From: Candidatus Sulfomarinibacteraceae bacterium
GTDB taxonomy: Bacteria; Acidobacteriota; Thermoanaerobaculia; Thermoanaerobaculales; Sulfomarinibacteraceae
Length of the DNA stretch: 64,000 nt
NCBI GenBank assembly: GCA_963796455.1
Contig: CAWCLO010000006.1
Span: 160,001 to 224,000, forward strand
Reading direction: 5' to 3'
The notes beneath the pieces were generated by a model. It searched no databases, was not told the DNA's origin, and was given only the letters and a program-made list of their open reading frames with translations. Each line of letters begins with the position of its first letter. Position 1 is the first letter of the stretch. The position numbers and the translations under genes are program-made. Shown here in pieces: positions 8,616 to 19,446 of the stretch.

Positions 8616-9848
8616 ATGAAATCCAAATTGACCCTTATTGCGGCCTTGGTGCCGTTTGCACTGCTTGCCGGATGTCAACCACAGGCCACACCCACTGAAC
8701 CGACGACGCCTGTCGAGGTCGACTATCAAGCAGAGGCGAATCGCCTCGCCCAGGAACTCCTGATCATCGACACTCATATCGATGTCCCCTACCGGTTGCA
8801 CGACAACCCGGAAGATGTCTCCGTCAGAACCGAGGGCGGCCACTTCGATCTCGTGCGAGCAAGAGAGGGTGGACTGGACGCGGCCTTCATGTCGATTTAC
8901 GTGCCGGCGGAACTCCAGAACAACGGTGGCGCCAAGGAGCTTGCCGACGAGCTCATCGACCTCGTCGAGGAGATGGAGGCCACCGCACCGGATGGCTTCG
9001 CCATCGCCCGGACAGTTGCTGAGATTCGGGAGAACTTTGACCGCAAGGTCTTCTCACTTCCCATGGGCATCGAGAACGGCGGAGCAATCGAAGATGACCT
9101 CTCAGCGCTGCAGCATTTCTACGACCGGGGAGTACGGTATGTGACCCTGACCCATTCCGAATCCAATCTGATCTGCGACTCGTCCTACGCCGAGGAACGC
9201 ACATGGAACGGCCTCAGCCCCTTTGGTGAGGAAGTCGTCGCCGAAATGAACCGTCTTGGCATCATGGTCGACATCTCCCACGTGACGGATGAGACCTTCT
9301 ACGACGTGATCGAAATGACCGACGTTCCGGTCATCGCATCCCATTCCTGCCTGCGGACTTTCACACCCGGCTTCGAACGCAATATGGACGACGAAATGGT
9401 CAAGGCCCTGGCCGCAAACGGCGGGGTCATCCAGATTGCCTTTGGTTCCGGCTTCCTCGCCGAAGAGGCCCAGAAACAGTCGATGGAACTGTGGGCAACC
9501 ATGCGTCAATTCATGACCGAAAACGATGTCGCCATGGGCAGCGACGAGTTTCGCGCCCGGATCAAGCAATTCTACGAAGAAAACCCCAAGGCCACTGCGA
9601 CCATCTCCGACCTCGCCGACCACATCGACCATGTGGTGAAGCTGGTTGGAATCGACCACGTCGGTCTCGGTTCGGATTATGACGGCGTTTCCGACCTGCC
9701 GGCCGGGCTCGAGGATGTTTCCGGCTTCCCGAATCTGCTCGAAGAACTGCTCCGACGCGGCTACACCGAAGAGGACCTGCGGAAAGTCTGCGGTGAGAAT
9801 CTGCTGCGGGTCTGGTCCGAAGTCGAACAAGCCGCCGCCACCAGTTGA
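8616..9848 (+). CDS. Membrane dipeptidase (peptidase M19), lipoprotein
   Basis: LLAGC lipobox; DTHID, GIENG, TLTH, VDISH, ASHS, DHIDH, VGLGSDYDG. Confidence 0.93.
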   Translation: MKSKLTLIAALVPFALLAGCQPQATPTEPTTPVEVDYQAEANRLAQELLIIDTHIDVPYRLHDNPEDVSVRTEGGHFDLVRAREGGLDAAFMSIYVPAELQNNGGAKELADELIDLVEEMEATAPDGFAIARTVAEIRENFDRKVFSLPMGIENGGAIEDDLSALQHFYDRGVRYVTLTHSESNLICDSSYAEERTWNGLSPFGEEVVAEMNRLGIMVDISHVTDETFYDVIEMTDVPVIASHSCLRTFTPGFERNMDDEMVKALAANGGVIQIAFGSGFLAEEAQKQSMELWATMRQFMTENDVAMGSDEFRARIKQFYEENPKATATISDLADHIDHVVKLVGIDHVGLGSDYDGVSDLPAGLEDVSGFPNLLEELLRRGYTEEDLRKVCGENLLRVWSEVEQAAATS

Positions 9849-9867
9849 TAGGAAGGGAAAAACAACC

Positions 9868-10347
9868 ATGAAGACACAACAAGTACTTTCGATCGCCGCC
9901 GTTCTGGCGCTCGCCCTCGGTTGCGGGGGTGCGCCGACCGAAACTGCCGCCCCGCCCGAGACTGCAGCGGAGAATGTTCCGGCGCCCGAACCAGTGGTCG
10001 AGGCTCGAAACGACCAGGTCTTTGTCTGCAGCTGCGGTGAAGATTGTGACTGCAACACCATCGCCGTCGCCGAGGGCACATGTACCTGCGGCACCGAATT
10101 GGCCGCGGCCCACGTGGTCAAGGTCAAAGGAGATGATGCGCTGCTCTGCACCTGTGCTTCGGAATGCATCTGCGAGATCGACGCCGAAGACGAGAACAAA
10201 TGCTCCTGTGGAGCAGATCTGCGCACAGTCAGCCTCGTCGGTACCGGACTGTATTTCTGCAGGTGCGGCGGCGAGTGCACGTGCAATTTCGTGTCGTCAG
10301 AACCCGGTACATGCACCTGTGGAATGGAGCTCATCACCAGCTCCTGA
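9868..10347 (+). CDS. Cys-rich (18 Cys, 3 repeats) putative metal-binding lipoprotein
   Basis: GGAAGG RBS, ATG 9868, LALGC lipobox, Pro/Glu linker, three CxCx3CxC-x9-CxCG units. Confidence 0.8.
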   Translation: MKTQQVLSIAAVLALALGCGGAPTETAAPPETAAENVPAPEPVVEARNDQVFVCSCGEDCDCNTIAVAEGTCTCGTELAAAHVVKVKGDDALLCTCASECICEIDAEDENKCSCGADLRTVSLVGTGLYFCRCGGECTCNFVSSEPGTCTCGMELITSS

Positions 10348-10393
10348 ACATACCCGGCGAACCTGATTCCGCGCCAACCGACGGAGGTGGCTC

Positions 10394-12145
10394 ATGAACC
10401 GCGTGCTTTTCGAAAGAACCGCGTGCTTGGCCCTGGTGTGTTGCAGCCTCTTGCTTTCTTTCGCTTGTACCGAGCAAAGCACTGAGATTGCCGACCTGAT
10501 GATCACCAACGGCCGGGTCTACTCGCTCGCGTGGAGTGAGCCCGGGACCGATGGTTCGATCGCAGGTGATGCCCCGCACGACCAGAACGGATGGCACCCG
10601 GACGCCGAGGCGGTGGCCGTCAAAGACGGACGGATTCTGTTTGTCGGATCGGTGAAAGCGGCCGAACGCTATCTCGACTCCACCACCACGGTCCTCGATG
10701 TGGCCGGAGCGACCGTGATCCCCGGTTTTGTGGATTCGCACGCCCATATCCAGGAACTCGGTCGCGAGGAGGTTCAGGTGAACCTCGTTGGAGTGGCCGA
10801 CGAGGAGGAGGCCATTGCACGGGTCGTCGCGGCTTCAGCCGAAACCCCGCCCGACGAGTGGATCATCGGTTGGGGTTGGGATGAGGGCGAGTGGGCAAAT
10901 CATTATCCCACCGGCGACGCCTTGAGCCGGGCCTTCCCCGACAACCCCGTCGTGTTGAAGAGTCTTCACGGCTTCGCCGTCTGGGCCAATCATCAGGCCC
11001 TGGCCGCGGCCGGAATTCACCGCGGCACTCCCGACCGTGACGGCGGCCGGATCCTACGCGATGCCAAGGGCAACCCCACCGGAGTGCTCATCGACCGTGC
11101 CACGACCCTCCTGACCTCCGCGATCCCAGAGACAACCGACCACCAGATGAAGGCCTTTGTGCTCGCCGGCCTCCAGACAATGGCGCGAGACGGCTATGTC
11201 GCGGTGCACCAGGCAGGAGCTGACACCCAGGTCATGCGCGCCTTCGAAGAACTCGAGGCTGAAGGCTTACTGCCGGTCAGGGTCTATGCCATGTTGAGCC
11301 TCAGAGACGAGGCGCTCTGCCGCCGTTGGATCGAGATTGGGCCGACCACCGGCACGATGCTGACGACCCGTTCGGTCAAGGCCTACTACGACGCGGCCCT
11401 TGGGTCGCGCGGCGCACGAATGCTCGATGACTATTCCGATCGGTCCGGGCACCGGGGTGTCGCCGGATCGGATTACGGCTTTGATCAGAATCTCGCGGCT
11501 GAAATGATGCGGGCCGGTTTTCAGATCGGGATTCACGCCATCGGCGATGCCGGCAACCGTGAGACCCTCGATTTCCTCGAAATTGTGATCGCTGCCGACC
11601 CATCAACCCTTGACGCTCGACATCGCATCGAGCACGCCCAGGTGGTCCACCCCGACGATTTTGCACGTTTCAAAGCGGCAGGTCTTATCGCTGCCATGCA
11701 GCCTCCGCACTGCGTCGAGGACATGTCGTGGGCGGAAGACCGCCTCGGGCCCGATCGGGTCCGCGGCGCCTATGCCTGGCGAACCATGCGGCTCGCCGGT
11801 GTTCCGCTGACCTTTTCGGCCGACCTCGCGGGCTCCGACCACGACATCTTCTACGGTCTGCACGCAGCCGTGACCCGGCGCGACAAGAACCGGCAACCTC
11901 CCGAAGGGTGGTACCCGGAAGAGGCCATGACCCCTGAGGAAGCGCTTCGGGGTTACACCTCCTGGAGCGCTCTGGCTGCCGCGTGGGATGCGGAAACCGG
12001 CACTCTCGAAACGGGCCGGTGGGCGGATCTCACCGTGATCGACATCGACCCGCTGGCTGTCGGCGAAACGGATCCCGGAGGGCTTCTGGACGGCAGGGTC
12101 CTGGCCACAATCGTTGCCGGGGATCTCGTCCACAATACCTTCTGA
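10394..12145 (+). CDS. Amidohydrolase 3 (YtcJ-like) metal-dependent hydrolase, exported
   Basis: PGFVDSHAH, IHAIGDAGN, HRIEHAQ, GTLETGRWADL; GGAGG RBS. Confidence 0.93.
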   Translation: MNRVLFERTACLALVCCSLLLSFACTEQSTEIADLMITNGRVYSLAWSEPGTDGSIAGDAPHDQNGWHPDAEAVAVKDGRILFVGSVKAAERYLDSTTTVLDVAGATVIPGFVDSHAHIQELGREEVQVNLVGVADEEEAIARVVAASAETPPDEWIIGWGWDEGEWANHYPTGDALSRAFPDNPVVLKSLHGFAVWANHQALAAAGIHRGTPDRDGGRILRDAKGNPTGVLIDRATTLLTSAIPETTDHQMKAFVLAGLQTMARDGYVAVHQAGADTQVMRAFEELEAEGLLPVRVYAMLSLRDEALCRRWIEIGPTTGTMLTTRSVKAYYDAALGSRGARMLDDYSDRSGHRGVAGSDYGFDQNLAAEMMRAGFQIGIHAIGDAGNRETLDFLEIVIAADPSTLDARHRIEHAQVVHPDDFARFKAAGLIAAMQPPHCVEDMSWAEDRLGPDRVRGAYAWRTMRLAGVPLTFSADLAGSDHDIFYGLHAAVTRRDKNRQPPEGWYPEEAMTPEEALRGYTSWSALAAAWDAETGTLETGRWADLTVIDIDPLAVGETDPGGLLDGRVLATIVAGDLVHNTF

Positions 12146-12303
12146 CTGGACCATTCTGGCGCAGTGTCCCGCGGCCCTGGGTTCATCGCTTCATTCCGTT
12201 ACAAGGTGTTCGGCACAAACCTCAACCGAAGGTGGCACATTTATTGCGATTTGCTCCATCGATCGCGCAAGGTTTCGGGTTGCGCGGCCTGGAGGAACCC
12301 ATC

Positions 12304-13164
12304 ATGGCGGTTGAAATTCGACGCGATCGGAAAATCGAGTCCGCCGGCCACGGGCGTCGCATGACACATCTGTTTCTCGATTCGGCCCTCAGCCTCGCAT
12401 TTGGAGTCGTGGTCTGGTTTTTCATTGCTTACGTCGCCGTGTCGGCCGGCTTTTCCAGCGATCCGATTCTGACGCAGGGATTTGTTCTTTTTCTGGTGAC
12501 GTTCGGGCTGTACTTCTTAGTTTTCGAAAGCGTCTTCAACCGCACACCGGCCAAGTTCTTGACCGGGACCGTTGTCGTGACGGACGATTTTCAAAAACCT
12601 ACCTTTTTACAGATTCTCGGTCGGACCCTCAGCCGCTTCGTCCCTGTTGATGCTTTGACCTTCATGGGCAGTGAAGCCTCGGGCTGGCATGATCGTTGGT
12701 CGGGGACCCGGGTCGTCATCAAATCGTCCCTCGATTCCGAAGCGGCGCTTGCTCCAGAAAATGGCCACGTATCGGCCATCGATCGCCAGACGAAAGCCAT
12801 CGCCACCCAGGGCCTGCAGGAAAATGTCCTCGAGAGAGATTTTGTCGTAATCCTTGCCGACGGCTGCCAATCGAATTGGCTCGATCGGCAGACCCTCGAG
12901 GACTGGTTCGAGGCAGGGCGCGTCAAAGGCTCTACCTACGTCTATGCCCGGGAGATCGGCGACTGGCAGTTGCTGCGGGACCTGGCCGGTTTCTCCTGCA
13001 GAATCACCCAACAGGTGGCCGATGTTTTTGGCGAACCTTCCTCCACAGTCAGAGAGCCCGCGAATATCTATCAGACCGCGAAAATCGAAACCGGAGCCGA
13101 TTCAACCGCAGAAGGACCCGGCGACGACCTTCCCCTCTCCGATCTCGTGAAGAACACAGGTTAG
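12304..13164 (+). CDS. RDD-family membrane protein with C-terminal GYF_2-like domain
   Basis: GRRMTHLFLD, YFLVFES..RTPAKFLTGTVVV, GWHDRWSGTRVV (RDD); later LEDWFEAGRVKGSTYVY...W (GYF_2-like); GGAGG RBS. Confidence 0.8.
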   Translation: MAVEIRRDRKIESAGHGRRMTHLFLDSALSLAFGVVVWFFIAYVAVSAGFSSDPILTQGFVLFLVTFGLYFLVFESVFNRTPAKFLTGTVVVTDDFQKPTFLQILGRTLSRFVPVDALTFMGSEASGWHDRWSGTRVVIKSSLDSEAALAPENGHVSAIDRQTKAIATQGLQENVLERDFVVILADGCQSNWLDRQTLEDWFEAGRVKGSTYVYAREIGDWQLLRDLAGFSCRITQQVADVFGEPSSTVREPANIYQTAKIETGADSTAEGPGDDLPLSDLVKNTG

Positions 13165-13218
13165 CCCCTTTTCGCCTCGATCCATGGCACTATGGGGCCT
13201 CGTCGAGAGGAGGCCCGC

Positions 13219-13686
13219 TTGAAGACCGCCGAAGATATCGTCAAAGAAAAAACCAGTGAGACCGTCACCGTCACCCGGACCCAGACAGCCCGCGAGGCGA
13301 TCGATCTGATGAACGCCAACCGAATTGGCGCCATTCTCGTCAACGACGGCGATGAAATGATCGGGATCTGGACCGAACGGGATTTTCTCCGCAATGCCGG
13401 AGATTCCTCATTTAACGTCCAGACCTCTACGGTCGGTGAGTTCATGACCTCACCCCTTCACTTCGCGCCCCACGACGCCACGTTGACCCAGCTCGAGGAG
13501 ATGTTCCTCGGTCTGTATGTCCGGCACCTGCCGGTTCAAAAGGGGGGACAGTTCATCGGTCTGGTGTCGATCGGCGATGTGATGCGCGCCACGTTGCTCG
13601 AAAAGGACGACCAGATCAAACAGCTCAACAAGCTGGCGAGTTGGCAGTTCTACGAAAATTGGGGCTGGGACCGGGAAAAGAAATAA
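13219..13686 (+). CDS. CBS domain pair protein
   Basis: IGAILV..GIWTERDFLR, VRHLPV..GLVSIGDV; AGGAGG RBS before TTG 13219. Confidence 0.9.
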   Translation: MKTAEDIVKEKTSETVTVTRTQTAREAIDLMNANRIGAILVNDGDEMIGIWTERDFLRNAGDSSFNVQTSTVGEFMTSPLHFAPHDATLTQLEEMFLGLYVRHLPVQKGGQFIGLVSIGDVMRATLLEKDDQIKQLNKLASWQFYENWGWDREKK

Positions 13687-13687
13687 C

Positions 13688-13718
13688 AAAAAAGGGGTGG
13701 ATCCGTTTGGATCCACCC
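13688..13718 (-). terminator. Terminator between convergent genes
   Basis: A6 run then GGGTGGATCC-GTTT-GGATCCACCC, giving a U-tract on the minus strand. Confidence 0.7.
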
Positions 13719-13765
13719 GTCCCCATCGTCCGGGCGAGAACAAACCCGCCCTTCCTCAAAAATGT

Positions 13766-14485
13766 CTACTTGGCGACGTAGGCGGTCAAGGTTGAATCGA
13801 TCACACCATCCGCTTTTTTGGCGGCGGCCCCCTCTTCGGACTCAAGGAACGCCATCATCGCCCCCATGTCGGCGACATCGACCAGGATGCCGACCTGTGT
13901 CGGGTTGTCGGGATTCTGGAAGGTCGTGACGCTCGGCACACCGGAAGCGGCAAACATTTCCTGTCGGCTGTTGCTGCTATGCCATGCATCAAGCCAATGA
14001 TCCCCGTCCTCGACATCGTGGGTCATGAACATCAATTGACCAGCCGGCGCCGGCGGGTTGTCGCTGTTCCAGATGTCGTTGGTGATCAGCCATTTTCCGC
14101 CGATCTTCTTCCAGGTCTCGATGTACTTCCCGCTATCGACGACCGATCCGTCGGGCGCGTTGAGCGTGTAAACGCCGGCACGGTATCCGAGATCTCCGGA
14201 CTCGAAGGCCTCGGTCGTGGGCAGCGAACCGGTCAGACCCGCCGCGATCATCGCACCGAAATCAGCCCGGACCGCGTCGCGCCCCATGGCGGCAGGCGCA
14301 TTGGGCGGCATGACCCGGCAGTCCTCGGCATAGAGGGCGGCGATGGCTTCCACATCCCCAGAGTTCAGGGAAGCTTCCCATTGTTTGGCGAGGTCGGCGA
14401 TCTCCGAGCTGTTCTGCGACCCCTGCGGCGCGCACGCTGCTAGAAACATCACCATCAAAAGCACTGCATACTCGATCTTTTTCAT
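13766..14485 (-). CDS. NTF2/SnoaL-like (DUF4440/YybH-type) lipoprotein with a small extra C-terminal domain
   Basis: LAAC lipobox; GDVEAIAALYAEDCRVMPPN...GKYIETWKK.GGKWLITNDIWNSD. Confidence 0.85.
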   Translation of the reverse strand: MKKIEYAVLLMVMFLAACAPQGSQNSSEIADLAKQWEASLNSGDVEAIAALYAEDCRVMPPNAPAAMGRDAVRADFGAMIAAGLTGSLPTTEAFESGDLGYRAGVYTLNAPDGSVVDSGKYIETWKKIGGKWLITNDIWNSDNPPAPAGQLMFMTHDVEDGDHWLDAWHSSNSRQEMFAASGVPSVTTFQNPDNPTQVGILVDVADMGAMMAFLESEEGAAAKKADGVIDSTLTAYVAK

Positions 14486-14658
14486 GAATTCCCCCGTTCG
14501 GTTCTTTGCCGTTCCGTAGACAGCCCGGCATCAATTGTCTTTTTATTTTGAGACTCGGTACAAAAAAGATAGTCGCCGATCGAGCGCTTGTCAAGTCAAT
14601 GCAATGACCTTCTGAATCCCCCTGCCCCGATATCCGTACTACCTCTGGAGGGGGAACC

Positions 14659-15213
14659 GTGGAGAAGCTCAACCCGTCACGCATCATCACAACCATCGCC
14701 GTCGTCGTGCTGGTCGTTGGCGCAGCTCTTTTCTATTTCTTCCGAACGACCCTCACGTCGGAGGGGCTTTACAACGTTCAACAGGCGATCGGCATGAACC
14801 CGTCACCTCCCGAACGCCACATCGTGGCGGAAGGTTTCAACGGGTGGGCGGTGCTGCAATACGGTGTCGAGGGAGCACCCGAACTCGTGACCGCCGACAA
14901 CGTGATCGTCATTGAGTACCCCCCGTCGGGCCGCCTTCAGACATCGACACCACCGGCCGATAACAATGGTCTCCTGCACAAGGGATACTATGAAAAACAC
15001 GGGGATTCGGTGGTGCCGCTCGAGCGCCTCAGCTCCATCTGGGGCGAGTACACGTTGACGCGAATGATCGACGACGAGGGGGAAGTCCACGGCCGCTCAG
15101 TCGGATTCTTCGTCGGCAGCCTGTCGGAATTCAGAGACAACCCCCGCCCGGGCCGGAGGTCGAGGTCGAGGTCGAGGTCGAGGAGATTCAGTCCACGCCT
15201 GTGCCCGACGTGA
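14659..15213 (+). CDS. Membrane-anchored hypothetical protein (DUF6843-like)
   Basis: GGAGGGG RBS plus GTG; N-terminal TM helix; EGFNGWAVLQYGVEGAPEL motif; C-terminus uncertain because of a (GAGGTC)4 repeat at 15156-15183. Confidence 0.6.
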   Translation: MEKLNPSRIITTIAVVVLVVGAALFYFFRTTLTSEGLYNVQQAIGMNPSPPERHIVAEGFNGWAVLQYGVEGAPELVTADNVIVIEYPPSGRLQTSTPPADNNGLLHKGYYEKHGDSVVPLERLSSIWGEYTLTRMIDDEGEVHGRSVGFFVGSLSEFRDNPRPGRRSRSRSRSRRFSPRLCPT

Positions 15214-16288
15214 CTGCGGGTTCGACCTGATCGACGATCAGCCGAAGATTGTCTTCCGATCTCAAAAGCGCTTCGAGCAATCGGAGCTGCGCGCGGGTGC
15301 GGCGCAGATTGTGTTCCTTGTCTTCCACAGGGTAGTAGCGATCACCGTCGAGAAAATCCGCCAGAAAACGCAGCGCCTGCTCGTAGGTGATGACGATGGC
15401 TCCATCGACCAACTTCGATCGTTCATGAGCCGTCAACCACCCTGATGAACCATCTACATAGCCTGCGGCCAGCTCGCGAAAAACATCGTCGCGAACACCG
15501 ATCCGCCCTAAATCGGCTTCATCCTCGGGGAGGCCGCTGACCGCCGAACGCACCAGATCGCCGAAATCGTGAGCCGCTCGACCCGGCATCACCGTGTCGA
15601 GATCGACCACGCACAGAGCCTCCCCCGTTTCTTCGTCCACCAACACATTGTCGAGCTTGGCATCGTTGTGGACCCAACGGATCAATCCGCCGTCAAGGGG
15701 CAGCCGGACGGCAAGTGAAGCAAGATCGAGTAACCGACGGCACTCGAACCGACACGATTCGAATCGCTCCCCCCTTGAAGCGGCCCTTTCCCGAAGAGCA
15801 TCGAGACGGGCCGGTGTGTCGTGAAACCCAGGGAGAATCTCCCTCGGTTCACGCCCGACACCGTCGGCGACGAGACCCGGAAACCGCCCCAGAGCCCGCG
15901 CCGCGGAACGAATCTCTGCAGGCTTCGAGGCGTCGGGGGGCCGCGATTCCGGCACCTGAACCGACACCCGCCAGACCGCACCATCATCATCACGAAACCA
16001 CGGTCTCTCATGCGGGCCCGCGAGATAGATCAGCCGGTGGCGCGGTTCGTCATCGCCGAGAAGGTGGAGGGCGCTGTCCACCCTTGAAGCGGCGGCCGCG
16101 GCATTTTCGGCCATCGCCTCGGGTTCGGGAAACACACGGGCATTCAACTGTTGAAGGAGCCGGCCCTGATCACCGATTTGGACCAACCAGCTGGAGTGAA
16201 TCAGACCCGAACCGAAGGATTCAATTCTTCCAGCGAAGGCCTCGATGCCAAAGGCCTCGGCGGCCCGACGAAGTGCCCGGTAGTCCAC
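15188..16288 (-). CDS. Aminoglycoside-phosphotransferase-fold kinase (N-acetylhexosamine 1-kinase-like)
   Basis: FGSGLIHSSW, LLQQLN..VF, PGFHDTP, VHNDAKLDNVL, VVDLDTVMPG, DFGDLVRS, EQALRFLADFLDGDRYY. Confidence 0.85.
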   Translation of the reverse strand: MDYRALRRAAEAFGIEAFAGRIESFGSGLIHSSWLVQIGDQGRLLQQLNARVFPEPEAMAENAAAAASRVDSALHLLGDDEPRHRLIYLAGPHERPWFRDDDGAVWRVSVQVPESRPPDASKPAEIRSAARALGRFPGLVADGVGREPREILPGFHDTPARLDALRERAASRGERFESCRFECRRLLDLASLAVRLPLDGGLIRWVHNDAKLDNVLVDEETGEALCVVDLDTVMPGRAAHDFGDLVRSAVSGLPEDEADLGRIGVRDDVFRELAAGYVDGSSGWLTAHERSKLVDGAIVITYEQALRFLADFLDGDRYYPVEDKEHNLRRTRAQLRLLEALLRSEDNLRLIVDQVEPAVTSGTGVD

Positions 16289-16312
16289 AAATCACATTGT
16301 GACATCGCCGCC

Positions 16313-16341
16313 AAAAAAAGGGGCCGCCCGAAGGCGGCCCC
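16313..16341 (-). terminator. Rho-independent terminator after TonB receptor
   Basis: GGGGCCGCC-CGAA-GGCGGCCCC with an A7 run on the left (U-tract on minus strand). Confidence 0.8.
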
Positions 16342-16382
16342 ACCCAAGGTGGTACCGATCACCTGTGCCTGTTGGTGATGGT

Positions 16383-19300
16383 TCAGAATTCGAACTTGAG
16401 GGTCAGGCGGAGCTCACGCGGCGCCTGATATGCATTGTCGAGGCCGTAGCGGACATCCAGAGCCTCCGGACCGAGCGACGCCAGAAGCGCTGCATAGCTG
16501 TAACCGCTATGCACATCGTCGGCGGTGATTGGAGCATCCTGGGTGGCAGTCTTGTTCGCAGTGTCGAAAGCACGGTGTCCTGGTCAAACAGGTTGAGCAC
16601 GGTCAGACCGACGGTGAAGCCCATTCCGTCGCCAAAGGTGAAGGTGTAGAAGAGCGAGAGGTCGGTCTGGGTGAGCCATGCGGTGCCGGCCCAGATCGCC
16701 GCGCCCGTAGGGATAGAACTCGTTGCCGATGGGAACGGTTCCGTAGGTGGTGAGAGGGGTTCCACTGCCGATGTACTGGTTGACACCGACGTTGAAGCCG
16801 ATCGGGAAGCTGTAGAGGAACTGCGCCCCGAGCTGATGGGTCCGGTCCGTCGGCAGCTCGCCGTAGACGTGCTTTCCATCCTCATCGTAATAACCGAAGA
16901 CCGAGTCGTAGAGACGGCTGACGTTTGGCGAACGACGGGCTCCGGTCTCGGTTGTGAACCGGGGGCTGTAGACGCTGTTCATCTCGTCCGAGTTGGCGAG
17001 ACCAGAGTAGTTGCCGTAGAGGCGGCTGAGGGTGTAATAGGCCCGCAGCGACCAGTTGTCGGCAAAACGCTTATCGAAGGTCAACTCGAGCGCGTCGTAT
17101 TCACGCTGCGGTTTCGGGAAGTAGAGACCCTCGTCGGTCGGACCGGCGGTGATGCCCTCTCCCGGGTTGCCGATGACATAGACCTCACCGATGCCGGGAT
17201 AGAGGAAACCGATGTCCTCGATCGAACGGGTGATCTCTTTGTGGACGATCCGGGCTCCGAGCTGAATGTCGGAGTTCAGCTGGTGGTCCACGCCGATTTG
17301 GTACTCGTAGTTCTCCATCGGTTTGATGTCGGGATCGACCAGCGGCACGCCGATGGCTTGCCACTCCGCCGGATCGGCGGCGTTGTGACGGCGGTCGACC
17401 GCCTCGACGAAGGTACCGGCGCCGCAATCGGGGCGATCGTTGATCGTGTTGTCACCTACGCGGCAACCGGTGGCGGTATTGAGCCCAGGATCAGCGATAT
17501 CGAATGTATAGACAAAATCGACCCACTTGTTGCCACCAAACGAACCGCGCGGCATCTCGTACTTGGTCACATCGTAGTATTTGCCCAGCGAACCATAGAG
17601 CTTCCACTTGGCGTTGTTCTGGATGTCCCAGGCAAAACCGAGACGCGGGGCGATCTTCTCGCCGAAGTTGAACTCGATCGCCGGATCGGGGCCGGTGGCG
17701 CCGAAGTTCGGGATCGCCTCATGCTCGGAACGGATGCCGAGGTTGAGGGTCAGGTTGGGCAGCACACTCCATGCATCCTGGATGAAGAGCGCCTCGTTGT
17801 TGGTTTCGACATTTCCGAATTCCGAGATTCGATAGATCCGGAAATAGCCGTAATCCCCGCTCACGCTTTCGGAAGAGGTCGTGGTGTAAGAACGGTCCCA
17901 ATAGTAACGAACGCGATCTGAGTTGTAGCCCGAGAGCACGTCGTTGGCGATCTTCTCATTCTGGTAACCGAACTTGAGCGAGTGGTCGCCCGCACCCTGG
18001 AAGTACGCCGTGGCGTCGAGCGCGACCGCGGTCCGCTCGTAGATGTCACGGATATCAACGCCGGTCTGCAGGTTATCGCTCAACCAGCCGGCTCCCTGTT
18101 GCCACTGTGCTGGAATCTCGGGATGACGGTCGACAAATCCCGAAATGCTGGTGGTGTCGTAGTTGTGGATGAGGTCGAACAGAGGGACGCCGGTGTCCTC
18201 GCTATTGGTCTTGTAGTAACCCACGCGGCCGCTAACGACGAAGTTGTCGCTCGCGATCCAGTCGGCGTTCAAATAATAGGTCTCACGTTCGCCTTTTTCG
18301 CCGAGCGGCGCATAGTTGTCCTGATCCGGTAGGTCCGCACGACCATCGGGGTTGGGGAGCAGGCCATCGGTCTCGTAGGGCGAGAGGTTGAGACCGCCCT
18401 TCAACAGCAGCGCGCTCGAGATATTGGCCGTCAGGTTGGCCGTCAAATAGTCGACCTGGAAGTCCGACTTGTAGGTCTGGGGGTCGAAGCTCACCCAGTC
18501 GACATAACGCTCGGTGGTGCGGATGCCGGGCATATAGGACGCAAAGAACCACAAGCGATCGCGAAGGATCGGGCCGCCGATCGAGAAGCCCGGGTCCCAG
18601 CGAGTTTCGTCGTCCTTCTTGTAGGTCTCGTGACCGGCCTGGGTCGGATCGTCGAGGTCGTACTCGATCTCCGGCCGCTGCGCGCCGTTCCACGAGTTGT
18701 CTTCGTAGTCGACGAAGAGCGAGCCGTGGAACTCGTTCGAGCCCGATCTGGTCACGGCGTTGACCACGCCGCCCATGGCGCCGCCGAACTCGGCCATATA
18801 ACCCGCTGACTTGACCTGGACCTCTTCCATCATCTCGGCACGGATCGGCACCGAGCTTTCGCCGATCTGGGGGATCGGTGGTATCGAGGCCGTCGATGAT
18901 GAAGCGGTTTTCGAGACCAGAGGCGCCATCGATCATGATGCCGCCGCCCTGGTCGTTCTGCGCCGCGCCGGCCGCAAAACTCACCACGTCGGTGAAGTCA
19001 CGACCGCGTGGAAGGTGGTCGATCTCCCACTCGCGGACGCTGAGCTCGGTCTGGCTCTCGGTGAAGTCGATGGAAACCGTGTCGGCATAAACGTTGATCT
19101 CCTCCGAAAAGGCCTGTTGCAGTGAGAAGTTGACGGTGGTTGCCTGACCGAGCGCCACGTTGACCGCGGTTTCGGCGGGTTGGAAGCCCTCGAAGGTCGT
19201 GGCGACCGTGTACTGGCCCGGGGCCAGCCGCGGAAAGCGGTAACGCCCGTCATCGCCGGAGACGGTCGACACCGTTCCGACCCCTCCGGTTGCGTTGACG

Positions 19301-19446
19301 ATGGCGCCGGCAATCGGCGAACCATACTCGTCTCCGACCAGGCCTTTGATTCCGCCGGTCGTCTCCTGCGCCGACAATCCTCCAGCGAAGATCACGGCCA
19401 CCGCGACAATTATCCATAGCACCCGAGACACACTCGAATTTTTCAT
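16383..19446 (-). CDS. Oar-like TonB-dependent receptor with N-terminal carboxypeptidase-regulatory-like domain; split by 3 frameshifts (~18870, ~16685, ~16565)
   Basis: Signal peptide plus QETTGGIKG, LPRGRDF, GASGLENRFIIDG, EEVQVKSAGYMAEFGGAMGGVVNAVTRSG, APRLGFAWD; reconstructed end YQAPRELRLTLKFEF* (terminal Phe) at 16383; AGGAGG RBS. Confidence 0.9.
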
